From: Octopus sinensis
Taxonomy: Eukaryota
Assembly (NCBI RefSeq): GCF_006345805.1
Contig: NC_042998.1
Location: 172,050,001 to 172,114,000 of the forward strand
DNA length: 64,000 nt
Reading direction: 5' to 3'
Under the pieces are notes generated by a model, which worked only from the letters and a program-made list of their open reading frames with translations, ran no database searches and was not told the DNA's origin. Both the position numbers and the translations under genes were made by a program. Below are positions 39,968-53,471 of this stretch, piece by piece (the stretch's first letter is position 1; every line of letters begins with the position of its first letter).

Positions 39968-42900
39968 GTTTAAAATTACTGAACAGAGATTATGTAACCA
40001 AACAAGTGCAATACGGAAGAATGGATGGCTGACAGAATTGGAGTTACAAGCTATTAAAATAAGGATGTCAGGTGATGCTGGGCATACGAGAAACTAAAAT
40101 GGTATAGTGGAAGAGACGGATAATTGTTCGCAAGCATGTACTACCGTGAATCGTGAAAGAATCGAGATCAGTGACTATTTAAACAATGGAGACCAAATAA
40201 TAATAAACAGGATTTTTGATGTGTTAAATACAGAAGAGGCAGAATTTATGTACGACTTTAAGAAGGCTAACCAATGGAGATTAAATCAAAAGGTAAGCGA
40301 AGTCAATAATGTATTGAAACACATTTAAACAAAGAACATCACACACACAAATAAACTCATTAAGGCTACAAGTGGCGGAAAGGATGGCATTGAGAACTAC
40401 TGGCAACAGAACATTGGCGGATAGGAGAGGAAAATGAAAATTTCAGAAGATATAAACTCCCTGAACAGTGTAGTGTCAATACTTGTCAGGAAAAGAAAAG
40501 GAGATTTGAAGAATGATCGCAAATTTGAAAAATTGAAGAAGTATGATGTAGATACAAAAGGCCTGAATGTTGTAAATGAAAAACAGAAGCAGCACATACT
40601 TGCCAAAAAATCAAAGCTAACTAGGTTTGTACAACGGATTAAGCAATATCGGCAAGACCAATTGTTTAGAATCGACCAAAAAAGATTTTTATCAATAAAT
40701 CAATGAGGATATAGAAATTGAAGGAGTAACTCCTGATGCTCATAAAATCGACACTTTGGGGGTAAGATATGGAGTACGCAAGAACAACATAATACTGAAG
40801 CCGAAAGGCTCTGCAACCTGAAGCAAACAGCTTCTTATCCCCAACAAGAGGCTATCCATTTCACGGAAGACAATATGAGAAATAGAAGTGAAAAGATGAG
40901 CTATTGGAATGTTGGAAAGCAGCAGGACCTGGTGGTGTACAGGGATTTGGGGTAAAAAAGTTCAGTAGATGCCATAAATTGATCGCAGAGCAATTTAATG
41001 CAATGATTGATAGAGCAGAAGAAATCCCGGGTTGATTGACAACAGGATGAACAATGTGTCTGAAGGATGCATCAAAAGGAAATGCTGCCGACACTTACAA
41101 TTTCTTGCCTCACATTAATCTGGAAGTTACTGTCAGTAGGAATTGCAGAAGAATTGTATAAATTTCTTGGTGAGAACGATATATTACCGACGGAACAAAA
41201 AGGTTGTAGAAAGTGATGGAGAGGCATCAAAGATCAGTTACTGATAGACAAAATGGTAATACAAGATTACAAACAAAGGAGGACAAATTTGGGAATGGGC
41301 TGGATTAACTATCGCAAAGTTTATGATATGATTCCACATTCGTGGATCAACGAGTTTGTTTGGAATTGCGAGGAATGTAACATGTTTTCTGAAGGGAAGT
41401 ATGGTGAGATGGAAAACTGAATTTACGTCCTACGGACAAAACTTAGTCACCCTGGGCATCAAAAGAGGAATTTTCCAAGGCGATAGCTTATCCCCCTTAC
41501 TTTTTGTTCTGTGCATGATCTTTTTGACCTAGCTACTTAGGAAAATTAACCTGGGAAATCAGCTAAAGCGAAAATCTCAAACAATCAGCCTTCATGAATG
41601 ATTTGAAGCTGTATGGCAAGGTTGAGGCACAAGTAAGTTCCTTGGTGAACACGGCCCACTGCCTTAGTGGTAATTATAGAATGGAATTCGGACTCAAGAA
41701 CTGTGGTATAATGTACCAGAAAAGAGTACGTTATACTCTTACTATTAGGTAAGATATACTTACCTAATAGAGAAATGATTAAACGAATTGAAAAGGAAGG
41801 CTACAAATACCTTGGCATACTAGAGTTCAACGAAATCAGGGAGAAGGAAATGAAACAACGACTGAGGATGAAATATTTCCGAAGACTAAGATTGGTGTTG
41901 CACTCAAAATTGACCGGATGGAATAAAATCCAAGTAATTAATACACGGGCGATTGCATCACTTCCGCATGGAGCTGGAAACACAAACTGGCAAAAGAAAG
42001 GACTAAACATAGACACAAAATATTGATAGTGCACGGAACATTACTTTCTAAAAGTGATACCGATAGGCTGTACTTGTCCAGAAGAAAGGGTGGGAGAGGT
42101 TTGATCAGTTGCCAGGATTGTATCGAAGCAAAGGAAAACAACTTATGATGGTATTTAAAAAATGCCATGGAACCATTGTTGAAACATGTGAAGAAGTTCG
42201 GAGTCATCAAAATTGATAATTGTGTAAAGAAAGAAAAAATTAAAGAGGAAAAGAATGCAAAAAAAGAAACAGCATGGAAGGAGAAAAAATGTATGGTCAG
42301 TTTGCAAGAGATACGAACGCCTAGACAGATACAGAAAACCGATGGTTATAGATGAAAAGTGGCCTGAAGATAGAAGCACTTACATGCGCAGCACAAGAAC
42401 AAGCGTTAAGGATTATGTGAAGTGTAGAATTGACAACACTACCGACAACGACAAATGCAGAATGTGTGGTGAGAGGGGTGAAACAGTATAGCACATCGTT
42501 AGCAAATGCGCAAAATTGACACAACGCCAAAAGACAACATGACAATGTGGCAAGAATAATCCGTTGGGAACTTTGTGGAAATCACGGCTTACAAAGAGCA
42601 AAGACGTGGTATAAATAAACCCCAGAAGGAGTCACCTAAAATGAGAATTGCAAAATCCTGTGGGATGCAATGATTCTGTGCGATCACCTGAAGAGTCATC
42701 GGAAACTGGACATTGTTGTGGTGAATAAAAAAGAAAGAACTTGCATAATAATCGACATTGCATGTTCCGGTGACAACAGAATCAAAGAAAAAGAAAAAGA
42801 AAAGCTGAACAACTACGACGATTTGAAGAGGGAAATACGAAGGTTGTGGTCAATGAGGAGAGTAGATGTGATACCAATTGTAATTGACGCACTTGAAAGT

Positions 42901-43107
42901 ATCAGCACTCAACTACCAACGTGGCTCAAAAAGATTGGTGCAAATGTAAAGATAGAACACCTACAAAAAATTAACATTGCTTGGAACTGCAAGAATTCTT
43001 CGCTGGGTTCTTGAAGTACGACCAATAAACAAGTATCGCCTCAGTATGCTAGCTGTGGATAGCTGACATTTTCCATCATACTCTGCAAAATAAACTGAGG
43101 GTTTTCA
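39968..43107 (+). mobile_element. Old R4/Dong-like LINE, family F, heavily mutated
   Basis: WKAAGPGGV, EQKGCR, GIFQGDSLSPLLF, YKYLGILE, CRMCGERGETV and DIVVV...IIDIA motifs appear in order; it ends at (AAT)n. Confidence 0.85.
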
Positions 43108-43127
43108 TCAAATAATAATAACAATAA

Positions 43128-43595
43128 TAAGACCTAATATTGTTGTGGTAGATAAAAGAAAAAAAGAAACCAAGATAATAGATATTGCAATACCTGGAGA
43201 TGCACGCATAAGTGACAAAGAACTAGAACATATTGAAAAGTACAGACTACTAAAAGATGAAACTGCAAGAATGTGGACTATGAGGAGAGTGTCTATCATT
43301 CCAGTTAGTTGTAGGAGCACTCGGAATAACTAACAACCAAGTTCGAGAAATATGTCAAAGAAATCGGAATTGACATGAGAGCAGTGCAAGCCCAAAAACC
43401 TGCTCTACTGTGGACAGCTAGGATTTTGAGATTGGTACTTGGATGTTGAATGCCTACCACGATGATTAACAACCAAGTATCAAAGCTTATAATGTGCAGA
43501 AAGAGACCCTGTGGAACCTCTGACGGCAGGTTGCTGTCCGCTCTCACAGAATCTACCAGAACAAACAAGACTGAATGTTCTGAGAAGTAAAACAA
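43128..43595 (+). mobile_element. R4/Dong-like LINE 3' fragment, family G
   Basis: RPNIVVVDK...IIDIAIPGD...KELEHIEKY RLE motif. Confidence 0.75.
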
Positions 43596-43604
43596 AATAA
43601 TAAT

Positions 43605-43820
43605 GATCCTTTCTACTATAGTCACAAGGCCTGAAATTTGTGTGTGTGTGGGGGGGGGGACTAATTGGATTATAGCGACCCCAGTGTTTATTGACCCTAA
43701 AAGGATGGAAAGAAAAGTTGACCTCGGCGGAATTTGAACTCAGAACGTAAAGACGGAGGAAATACCGCTAAGCCTTTCACCCAGCGTGCTAACGATTCTG
43801 CCAGCTCGCTGCCTTTATAC

Positions 43821-43875
<55 letters not shown>

Positions 43876-43907
43876 TAATAATAATAATAATAATGATGAT
43901 GATGATG

Positions 43908-43961
<54 letters not shown>

Positions 43962-44130
43962 GTTTCAAATTTTGCCGCAAGTGTAGCAATTTTGAGGGAG
44001 GATCCTAGTGTTCAACTGGTATTTATGTTATCGACCCCGGAGGGATGAAAGGCAAAATCGATATCGGCGGAATTTGAACTCAGAACGTAAAATTCGGACG
44101 AAATACCGCTAAGCATTTCGCTCGGCGCTA
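43605..44130 (-). mobile_element. Two SINE family B copies separated by (AAT)n
   Basis: Reverse complement of family B at ~43605-43815 and ~43960-44130. Confidence 0.75.
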
Positions 44131-47100
44131 ATAATAATAGTAATATCTTTTAGATGCTACTGAGACACAAGATGAGGACGACTTTACAGTTTGTGTGTGG
44201 CTTACATAAAAAGATGAAGGGAAGACAGTGTGAGAAAGGGAAAGTGAATTAAAAAGTATACATAGTGTACAAAGTACGAGAATTCGTGAATGATGCAATC
44301 CTCCTCATACAGGGTAACCTCCGACTGAGATCAATCAAGGAACCTTACAGAACCAGTATCATCTTGACCACTAAGTGCATCAGCCCTCACTCATCAGTTG
44401 GTCCCCGATCAAAAGGCCCATGTTTAGACTAGATCCACTCAACCTAACTATTTATGTACACTCACTCATTTTTTGACAAATTTGCTGGGTGAGAACACTT
44501 CCTCTCCACTCACGTCTTCCTTTCAAAGTGGAACCTTAAAAAGTCGAAGAAAATGAGGACAATGTCTGTCTTCAATTGTTTCAGCCACGTCCGTTTTAGA
44601 ACCTCTTTCGCCTAGCCACCAGATACAGGAACACTGCCTACCATGTCTTGTTAAAAACTGTTGATGGGGCAATCCATCTGCTCGTAATTTCGTCCTTGTT
44701 TCTGTCCATCTAGAGGTCTGGAGCAAACCAGACCCCAAGCCTTTCAATCGGTGAATCGCTTCATCGACTTATTATGTTGTTCGATGGAATTGATTTGCTT
44801 TTGCCGGTACCAAACTGCAAGTCCAACAAATTCTCCGGATTTATCTTTGCCTTATCATCGCCTCGGATTCCTTTAGAATGGAGTCAACTACTTGCACCTC
44901 CATACTGTCCGACAACAGTATTGTGACGTAATCCTAATAATTATAACAATGGCTTCTGATTTTAGGACTAAGTCAACAATCTTACGGGTACAGTAAGATT
45001 GAACTGTACTGTACTGTGTTGTACTGTATCGAGTCTTGGGATAAAAGGCGAAATTGACTTCTGCGCGATTTGAACTCAGAACGTAAAAATATATGCTCAG
45101 ATACCGTAAAGCATTTTGTCGACAATCAGACAATTCTGCCAGCTTCAGACGATTCTGCCAGTAGCTGTTAATATAGGTAAAAGACCAGTAGCTTTGGGGA
45201 GAAGTAGTCGATTACATCGACTCTAGAACTTGCCAGGTGCTCATTTTATCGATCACGGAAGACTGGAAAGCCAAGCTGATCTTTGCGAGAATTGAATGCA
45301 GAATTAAATGAGCTGGAAGAAATGCCCAAGACATTTATAACAATAATTCCTAAATTAGTTTTAATTTCCTGCAAGATTTGAACAAATAACAGAAGTCCAC
45401 AGCAAATAAAAACATCAAAAACACTATCATACGACTGGAAAAAAAAGAGGATAATATTTGTGAGACGTGTTAATAGACAATGTCAACATTCGTTTAATAT
45501 TTACATAATTATGAGAGAGTGGGAGTTGATTAAACCTATTGACGCAAAACCATTACTATACGAATATAACGCAGGGGTAAGGAGAGTGATAGAATTGTGG
45601 GAGCAGAGGGTGAGAGAAAATCTTGCGGTATAGATTTCAGTTTTGATTATTATTTTTTATTTTTTTAAACGTTCTGAGTTCAAACCCAGTCAATGTCAAA
45701 TATGCCTTTTTATCCCTCCGGGTCGTTAAAATAAAGAGCAGCCAAGTACTGGAGTTGATGTAATCGAGATTCCCCTCCTTCGAAATTGCTGGTGTTGTAC
45801 TTAAATCAGAAACCAATATCAGAAAGTTGTGTCCAAGCAGCTTGTTATAATTATTCGCAAACGGCCAGACATACACACATATATAAATGTATGTATGTAT
45901 ATTTGCAAGCCTCTTCGGGTGCAGTTGTACTGAAATGTAGAACCATATGATAAGAATGTTTTATTCGAGACACATGAGCAGTGAAAGAATTGCTTATGTT
46001 AAACAAATTTAAAGTGTGTGTTCTTTACACTGATTCATAAGAAAAATTACTTAAAGGGGCTCAGATCCAATCTGTGATTAAAATGTTACGCAACACTTCT
46101 AGAAGAGAAACTAACTGTGTATTGGCAAAAACGGCTACAACGCCTTAACCAGTTTCGTTTCTTTACGATGATAGTTCAAATTTGACGCTATGGCTTTCTG
46201 AAGATAATCTTTCACAAAATGCTTTTCGATAATTCCAGCCAGAGATCGATACCCATGCCGTTTTGAAGAATATTAGCAGTAAATAATATAAGATGAGAAT
46301 AAAATCCATACTGCATTGGGTATGGTATAATAAGTGATTTATGTAACTTCTATATAGTCACTCATGTAGCTAGAAACAACAGCCAAGTTTCTCTCAAATC
46401 ATATCCATACATCTTAAAAAAGGAAAAGCATCTTAGATACAAAATGTACTTATACAAGAATGTGCCCCGCCTCCCACCAACTTTATTTCCCTATAATTTC
46501 CTTGGAAACCTTTTTGATAAAAATTTCCAGTTTAGATATTAAGATTATGTCAGAGAAGTAGTAATTTTTTTTTGGTATGTATGTGTGTGTGAATGTGTTT
46601 GTGTGTTAGTGAGTGTGCATATGTGTTTGTGTTTGTGTGTGTGTGTAGTTTTGGTTAATTCCTGGTTTTGTTTGGTTAATTCCTGGATTTGTTTCTCTAC
46701 AAAATGCGTTTTACCAACATTGTTTCCCAAGATTATTTTTTATCAAATTTTATCGGGTTATAATGTATAATGTAATCTTAAACATACAAACAAAAACGAA
46801 ACAATTTTGTATGTTTAAATAGTTACAAATTTGAAAGATAAAAACATCATTAATTGACAATGTACAAAAGTTGATAATCTGTTTCTCTGCGCTATCATTT
46901 CATATTTGTTAATCGTAGTGGAATGGTGGTGATTTGTTTTCTGAAAGCGTTAACTCTTCAAAGTAACGTGTTAGTGGTTTGTGTACAGTTCCAAATTGAT
47001 GTCATCCTCAGCGCAAGTCATAACTATCAAATATCATATAGAGCTAATCAACTGTATCTTTCTTCGCCCAGAAAACACTGTCTGATAATGCAGAGGATCT

Positions 47101-47165
47101 CTTGACTTGCATATCGATAACGAACTATAGTGATGTCAGTAAGTGACATCCTACAATTTTTACAA

Positions 47166-47547
47166 GTGGAGGCGCAATGGCCCAGTGGTTGGGGCAGCGG
47201 ACTCGCGGTCATAGGATCGCGGTTTCGATTCCCAGACCGGGCGTTGTGAGTGTTTATTGAGCGAAAATACCTAAAGCTCCACGAGGCTCCGGCAGGGATG
47301 GTGGTGATCCCTGCTGCACTCTTTCACCACAACTTTCTCTCACTCTTACTTCCTGTTTCTGTTGTACCTGTATTACAAAGGGCGGCCTTGTCACTCTCTG
47401 TGTCACGCTGAATATCTCCGAGAACTACGTTAAGGGTACACGTGTCTGTGGAGTGCTCAGCCACTTACACGTTAATTTCACGAGCAGGCTGTTCCGTTGA
47501 TTCGGATCAACCGGAACCCTCGTCGTCGTAACCGACGGAGTGCTTCC
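47166..47547 (+). mobile_element. tRNA-derived SINE family C with 13-bp TSD
   Basis: A box TGGCCCAGTGG, B box GGTTTCGATTCC; ACAATTTTTA(C/T)AA at 47153-47165 and 47548-47560. Confidence 0.88.
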
Positions 47548-47660
47548 ACAATTTTTATAATTGCATGCGAGAAAGAGGGGTCACCATCTTGTACGTAAAC
47601 GACAAGAAAATATGAATTTGTTAGACGTTCGTAATAAGTCATAACATATTTATTACTGGA

Positions 47661-48201
47661 TGTAATGCGTTAACATATAAGGTTAATTGAACGAAAAGCT
47701 TGTAACATCACATGAACATATTTTGCAACCACATGTCTCAAAGCAAATAACGCGATCATCCACGCGTGCGGGTGTGTATGCGAGTTGCGCAATTCAGAGC
47801 ATGTCTGGGAACCGACAGGCAAGAGTGGCGCGAAATTAGAAATGTGTTCCTTTATATAAGGGATGAACCGGAAGTCCCTGACTTCCACGTCATCTGGAAG
47901 TTAATTGGAAGCTTCTAAAATGTTCGAGAATTTTCGAGAAGGTCGAGGGAGATTACTCTCGTTAGATCCCTTTTTCGTTTTGCTTTCCTGCTTGACCGCC
48001 AGGGATCACTACAGAACCATTGAAAGCACACCTTCATCTACCTTGGATCCGCTGTGAACATAGCAGCCTCCTTTACGTGTTATCAGTGTATAAAGCTAAT
48101 TTGCTAGCGTTCTCGTCGAGTGTCTCTCTTTGACCGCTGTTCAACATTTGTGATTCCATTTCCTACATTCTGCACTATTTTTCCTTCTTCTCTTTTTATA
48201 T

Positions 48202-48244
<43 letters not shown>

Positions 48245-48539
48245 ACTCCTTCTCTTTCCCCTTCACTCTCACTACTCCTGTGTCTAATCGTAACATGAAA
48301 TAGAAGTCTCCGTTGAAGGCTTTCAATATCTTTTAAGTTGCAGGCAGCATGGGGTAATTCATCGGATCTAGTCTTTTTCATTCGTAAAATGAGACCCCTT
48401 TAATTCTGCTCAGATTGCTTTCAATTTTGGTGTATCGATCAACCAATTACTTTATCTCGTAAATTAAAGAACCTGATGTTATTTGGAATTAAAGTTGGGA
48501 AATTTGGGTAATTTTAGCCAACCATCAGGTAGCGTGACA
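47661..48539. mobile_element. Possible solo LTR
   Basis: TGTAATGC...GCGTGACA termini, a TATA-like motif and repeated GGAAG/TTCGAGAA motifs; no convincing TSD. Confidence 0.3.
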
Positions 48540-49417
48540 TTAGCAGTTTATTACCATGACAACCGCACGCTGTGTTATGATTCACTGTTGTCTGTGGCGC
48601 TGTTGTCTATGTTGATTTTTCACACTTGATTCTTCACATCACGAGATTATTTTCACCTGCGTGATTTGTTTTAAATTTTCTGTGTTAGAATATGACATAT
48701 TTCTCTGTGCTTCTGTGTGTTAGTATTTTTCTGTGCTTTTTCTGTATGTTAGTATTTTTAAATATTTTTCATTTCATATATTTTTGGAACTCATTGACTC
48801 AGATAGCTGGATTTATGATTTCACAAGGTTAACTATGTCAATAAAAATTTCAATTAGGAGTATTTCTTAAACCGTTAGCGTCACATTTCAACAGCCTAAA
48901 TGAAATTTAGCCCACGTAACTGGAACTGAGAGGGATATCGTAGAACAGAGAAACCGTGGGGGTACAGATAATTTGACATTATTCTTGAATTCTACATGCA
49001 AAAACGCAAAGGATAAGGTATTCTTTTCCTTGGGACAAATAGCTTTGTCGATCAGTTTTATTCTTATCGTAGTTTACAAATCAGGCATGAAAGCGTTACT
49101 CAACTTTGGAGTTTGGGAGACAGACGCTCCCTTCACACACACACATGAATACATAAATCTACATATAAACTTATATATGAATACATACATCCACATGCAC
49201 TTATATATTTATGATGTACACAAATACATGACAAGTATACATAATACTGAAATACGCATAAAGTAAACACATGCAAACAAATATATTAATATAACAAACT
49301 AAAAAAAAACATAAAAAAACATACAATCAATGAAAAGAAACAGTAAGATGATACATTATTTACATTATTTACATTATTTACATTTGGTGGATATTTGTCC
49401 TCATCTTGTTTGTTGTT

Positions 49418-49463
49418 AACACAACGTTTCGACCGATATACCCTTCAGCCTTCATCAGGTGTC
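49418..49463 (-). ncRNA. Minimal type I hammerhead ribozyme
   Basis: Minus: gacac-CTGATGA-a-ggctg-aagggtatat-cggtc-GAAA-cg-TT-gtgtt. Confidence 0.75.
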
Positions 49464-49661
49464 TTGGGGAAATTTCGAACCTGGTTCCCATTCCTAAGGT
49501 ATTTTTCTATGTTATTATTATTCAGGTCACTAACCTTCAAGATTCCGAGTTCGATTCCAGGCAGTGACCTGAACATCATCAACAACAACAACAACAACAA
49601 CAATAATAATAACATTGAAAAATACCTTAGGAATAAGAACCCAAGTTCGAAATTTCCCCAA

Positions 49662-49707
49662 GACACCTGATGAAGGCTGGAGGGTATATCGGCCGAAACG
49701 TTGTGTT
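49662..49707 (+). ncRNA. Minimal type I hammerhead ribozyme
   Basis: gacac-CTGATGA-a-ggctg-gagggtatat-cggcc-GAAA-cg-TT-gtgtt; palindromic AACGTT stands in place of stem III. Confidence 0.8.
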
Positions 49708-50093
49708 AACAACAAGCAAGATGAAGACAAATATCCGTCAAATGTAAATAATGTATAATAATGTATATAATTCCTCATCTCTTAAATATTGAACAGTAAG
49801 ATGATATATGTTGATTTTATTCGGTATTTCTGTTTATTTAGAAACCTACAGTGAACAAGTCATATTACAGACGCTAAACTATAAATTTCACAGGGTACAA
49901 ACTTCAAGTTGACACCGCGCCGTTGACCGCAGAAAATTTCTGTCTCGCTATTGGCTAAAAATACAGAGTTTTTTCCGATATTTAAACCTCTGTGACTTCT
50001 TCCTCCAGATTTTCTTTACTACATCATACCTTCATAGCAATGAAACTGGAAGACTACATTATTATAGCCAATTTTCAGATTCTTCTTACTTTC

Positions 50094-50262
50094 GGTGAAC
50101 CTTCGGTATATGTACCGGTGTAAGTACCGGAAGTATCGGATACATTTCAAAAAAGGGTTTAAGGTTAGGGTTAGGGTTAGGGTTAGGGGTGGGAGAAAAG
50201 GGTTTCTGTTATCTTCAGAAATGTAAACAAAGTCACGTGTGTACATATACCGGTGCATCGCC
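50094..50262. mobile_element. 169-bp MITE with 8-bp TSD and (TTAGGG)n
   Basis: TTACTTTC at 50086-50093 and 50263-50270; imperfect TIRs GGTGAACCTTCGGTATATGTAC / GTACATATACCGGTGCATCGCC. Confidence 0.75.
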
Positions 50263-50319
50263 TTACTTTCTTTTTAAAAATGCATATTTTGTGAATGAAA
50301 ACAACTAGATCCAGTTCAT

Positions 50320-50351
<32 letters not shown>

Positions 50352-50352
50352 T

Positions 50353-50392
<40 letters not shown>

Positions 50393-50764
50393 TCTCTCTT
50401 CCTCTTTCTCCTCCTTTCTCCGCTATGCCCATTAAAGGAGGTAACTCAACAAGATTACAAGCTAATGAATGACATGAATCATACAGCGCCACGCTGATTT
50501 ACGACTGTGATCTGTCAAACTATCTAGTTCAAGTAAACAGCTAGGTGGACTGAGCTACTGGGTCGTAGTGAGTCAGTGTTTAGTAGTCTGTGGGTCCAGG
50601 GCAATACTGCTGGCGAGAAAGACCTGAATCAATCCTAATGCATGCCTCTTATTATATACAAGCCCCGAGGAATGAAAATAAGCCAGATTGACCCTCGGCG
50701 GGGTTTGAAATCTGAATATTTAAGGGACGGGATTAAATAATATGAAATGTTCTACAGTTTCTTC

Positions 50765-51120
50765 TTGAGGATGAGGAGGAGGAGGAGGAGGAGAGGAGAA
50801 GAAGAAGAAGAAGAAGAAGAAGAAGAAGAAGAAGGTGAAGAAGAATGAGGAAGAAGAAGGAGGTGGAGGAGGAAGAAGAGAAGAAGAAGAAGAAGAAGAA
50901 GAAGAAGAAGAAGAAGAAGAAGGTGAAGAAGAATGAGGAAGAAGAAGGAGGTGGAGGAGGAAGAAGAAGAAGAAGAAGAAGAAGAAGAAGAAGAAGAAAA
51001 AGAAGAATGAGGAAGAAGAAGAAGAAGAAGAAGAAGAAGAAGAAGAAGAAGAAGGTGAAGAAGAATGAAGAAGAAGAAGAAGAAGAAAAAGAAGAAGAAG
51101 AAGAAGAAGAAGAAGAAGGC
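50765..51120. repeat. (GAA)n/(GGA)n compound repeat with recurring GGTGAAGAAGAATGA subunit
   Basis: Direct reading of the sequence. Confidence 0.95.
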
Positions 51121-51605
51121 AGAGGTAAGCTGTAACACTGAAATGTTTGTAAAGACAACTATAGAGTTTGTTATAGTTTTCAAAACTAAAGTTGATCATT
51201 TTTCTCTCTTTGTAAGCATTTGTGGGCACCACATTGGTGGCATTCCGCCTAGATACATGATACTGTGTAGACTATGTAAAGAATGTGGGCAGAAAATATG
51301 TTTGGAGTTTGATTGGTGTTGTCTTTCTGTTTGTACGGAGAATAGGCTGTGTGCTATGGGATGAGGGTCATTGCTTACGACAGGAGTGCAATTTTGTTTG
51401 TTATAGAACCAAATTGCTATGCAAATTAAGAATGTTTTGAGGGCAAAAACTTTGCTCTTTCTTTCGTTTACTGTTTATTTTCGTGTTTTATAGTAATAAA
51501 TAAATAAAATAAAATAAAATAATATGTAATGAAATAAAATGATGGCCACAGTCACATGACTGAAACAAGTAAAACAAAAAAAATATATGTCTATATACAT
51601 ACAGT

Positions 51606-51946
51606 GAAGGCACGTGGCTCAGTGGTTAGACCGTCGAGCTTACGATCATGAGGTTGTGAGCTCGAATCTCGGACCGGGGTGCGTGTTGTGTTCTTGAGCA
51701 AGACACTTTATTTGACGTTGCTCCAGTTCACTCAGCTGTAGAAATGAGTTGCGACGTCACAGGTGCCAAGCTGTATCGGCCCTTGCCTTTCCCTTGGACA
51801 ACATCGGTGACGTGGAGAGGGGAGGCCGGTATGCATGGGCGACTGCTGGTCTTCCATAAAACAACCTTGCCCAGACTTGTGCCTCAGAGGGTAACTCTCT
51901 AGGTGCAAACCCATGGTCAGTGTCTGACCGAAGGGGGTCACCACCA
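51606..51946 (+). mobile_element. tRNA-derived SINE family D
   Basis: A box TGGCTCAGTGG, B-box-like GAGCTCGAATC, central TGTGTTCTTGAGCAAGACACTTTA, (CATA)n tail. Confidence 0.8.
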
Positions 51947-51964
51947 TATACATACATACATATA

Positions 51965-52062
<98 letters not shown>

Positions 52063-52928
52063 AATTTATATTGTGAAAAATTATATGGTTATGGACAATA
52101 TGTTCAATTTAAAATAGAGAAGTGTCGTCTGATCACTTGACTGGTACATTGAAACAATATTTCTAGGTCCATTCAGTTTCCATCTTTTGCATCCCTGAAA
52201 ACAGCCATATGTCATGCATTCATTTGGATCTATCAAGCTTTTGCAATCCATTATTGATTTTTCAGTCTACGAATATTGGACTGAACCTGATTCGAAAAAG
52301 CTCGCTATTGCTAGAGTGTGTGATGAGGAATTGTCTAGGGTTATTCTGTGAACTTCGTGAGTATCATTTAGAAGTCTGTCGATTGCGCTGAAATTCTCAT
52401 CTAGCCAGTCTAAATCCGATAGTTTGGGGTAGAAAAGGCTCCTTAGCCGTAGTGAAGGCAATCTATCTAGGGAGATAACCTTACAATAAATCACTCGGTC
52501 CGTAGCTTAGAAATACTGGGTTGACGTCCAGCGGGAACAGCTTTGTTTCATGGAGGAGGAAAGATCTTCTTTAGTACTTGGTTGTACAATGCTTTCCAAT
52601 GTGTGTAGTAGTGGCGTGCGCACACATTATTAGCCATTTGAAAAGACTATGGAATTTACAAGTAAATTCCATTGTCTCGACCACGGTCGAACAATGATGA
52701 TGATTGGGGAGCAGCATCATAGATTTTAGAGTTTAAGGAGAACCATTTGTCGTCTATGCCAGCTGCTATGATGGAGATGGGTGCCACTGAAGCTTTTAAT
52801 TTTACTGTTATATAGTAACAAAGATTCATACAAATATCAGGACTGTCGAGTGTTTAGTAAATGAACAACTTGACGTTTAATACTCCTGAACGTCGTTAGG
52901 AGCACAGTTGCAAACTGACCTTTTTTAC

Positions 52929-53129
52929 AGTTATATATTTAAGAGATGAGGAATTATGTACGTTATTTACATTATTTACATTTGACGGATATTTGTCCTC
53001 ATCTTATTTGTTGTCAACACAACATTTAGGCTGATATACCTTCCAGCCTTCATCAGGGGAAATTTCAAACCTGGGTTCTCATTCCTAAGGTATTTTTCGA
53101 TGTTATTATTATCATTATCATCATCATCA

Positions 53130-53181
<52 letters not shown>

Positions 53182-53238
53182 CATTATTATTATTGTTAAT
53201 AATAATAATATTATTATTATTATTAATAATAATAATAT

Positions 53239-53271
<33 letters not shown>

Positions 53272-53282
53272 AATAATAATAT

Positions 53283-53317
<35 letters not shown>

Positions 53318-53420
53318 ATATTAATATTATCATTATTATTATTATTGGGCATATGGCGTAGTGGTTAAGAGCGTGGGCTACAAACCCCAAAGTTCCGAGT
53401 CCCATTCCTGGCAGTGACCC

Positions 53421-53471
<51 letters not shown>

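Larger units (their letters stand above)
49353..49795 (+). mobile_element. Fold-back hammerhead element with 3' half of a tRNA-like head at the centre
   Basis: Left arm ~49353-49531 is the reverse complement of ~49563-49765; the spacer carries the B box GAGTTCGATTCC. Confidence 0.85.

Noticed and set aside
44150-44920. Possible decayed LINE/PLE coding remnants (also 10040-10740, 11860-12430, 52200-52900)
   Set aside because: The composition suggests old retroelements, but I could not recover diagnostic motifs; needs a translated search against TE protein libraries.
50720-51232. Poly-S/F/L/K/E ORFs
   Set aside because: (GAA)n/(GGA)n repeat artefacts.
53347-53420. Functional tRNA gene
   Set aside because: Acceptor and T stems are imperfect, there is no poly-T terminator, and it is embedded in a repeat family; treated as a tRNA-derived head.
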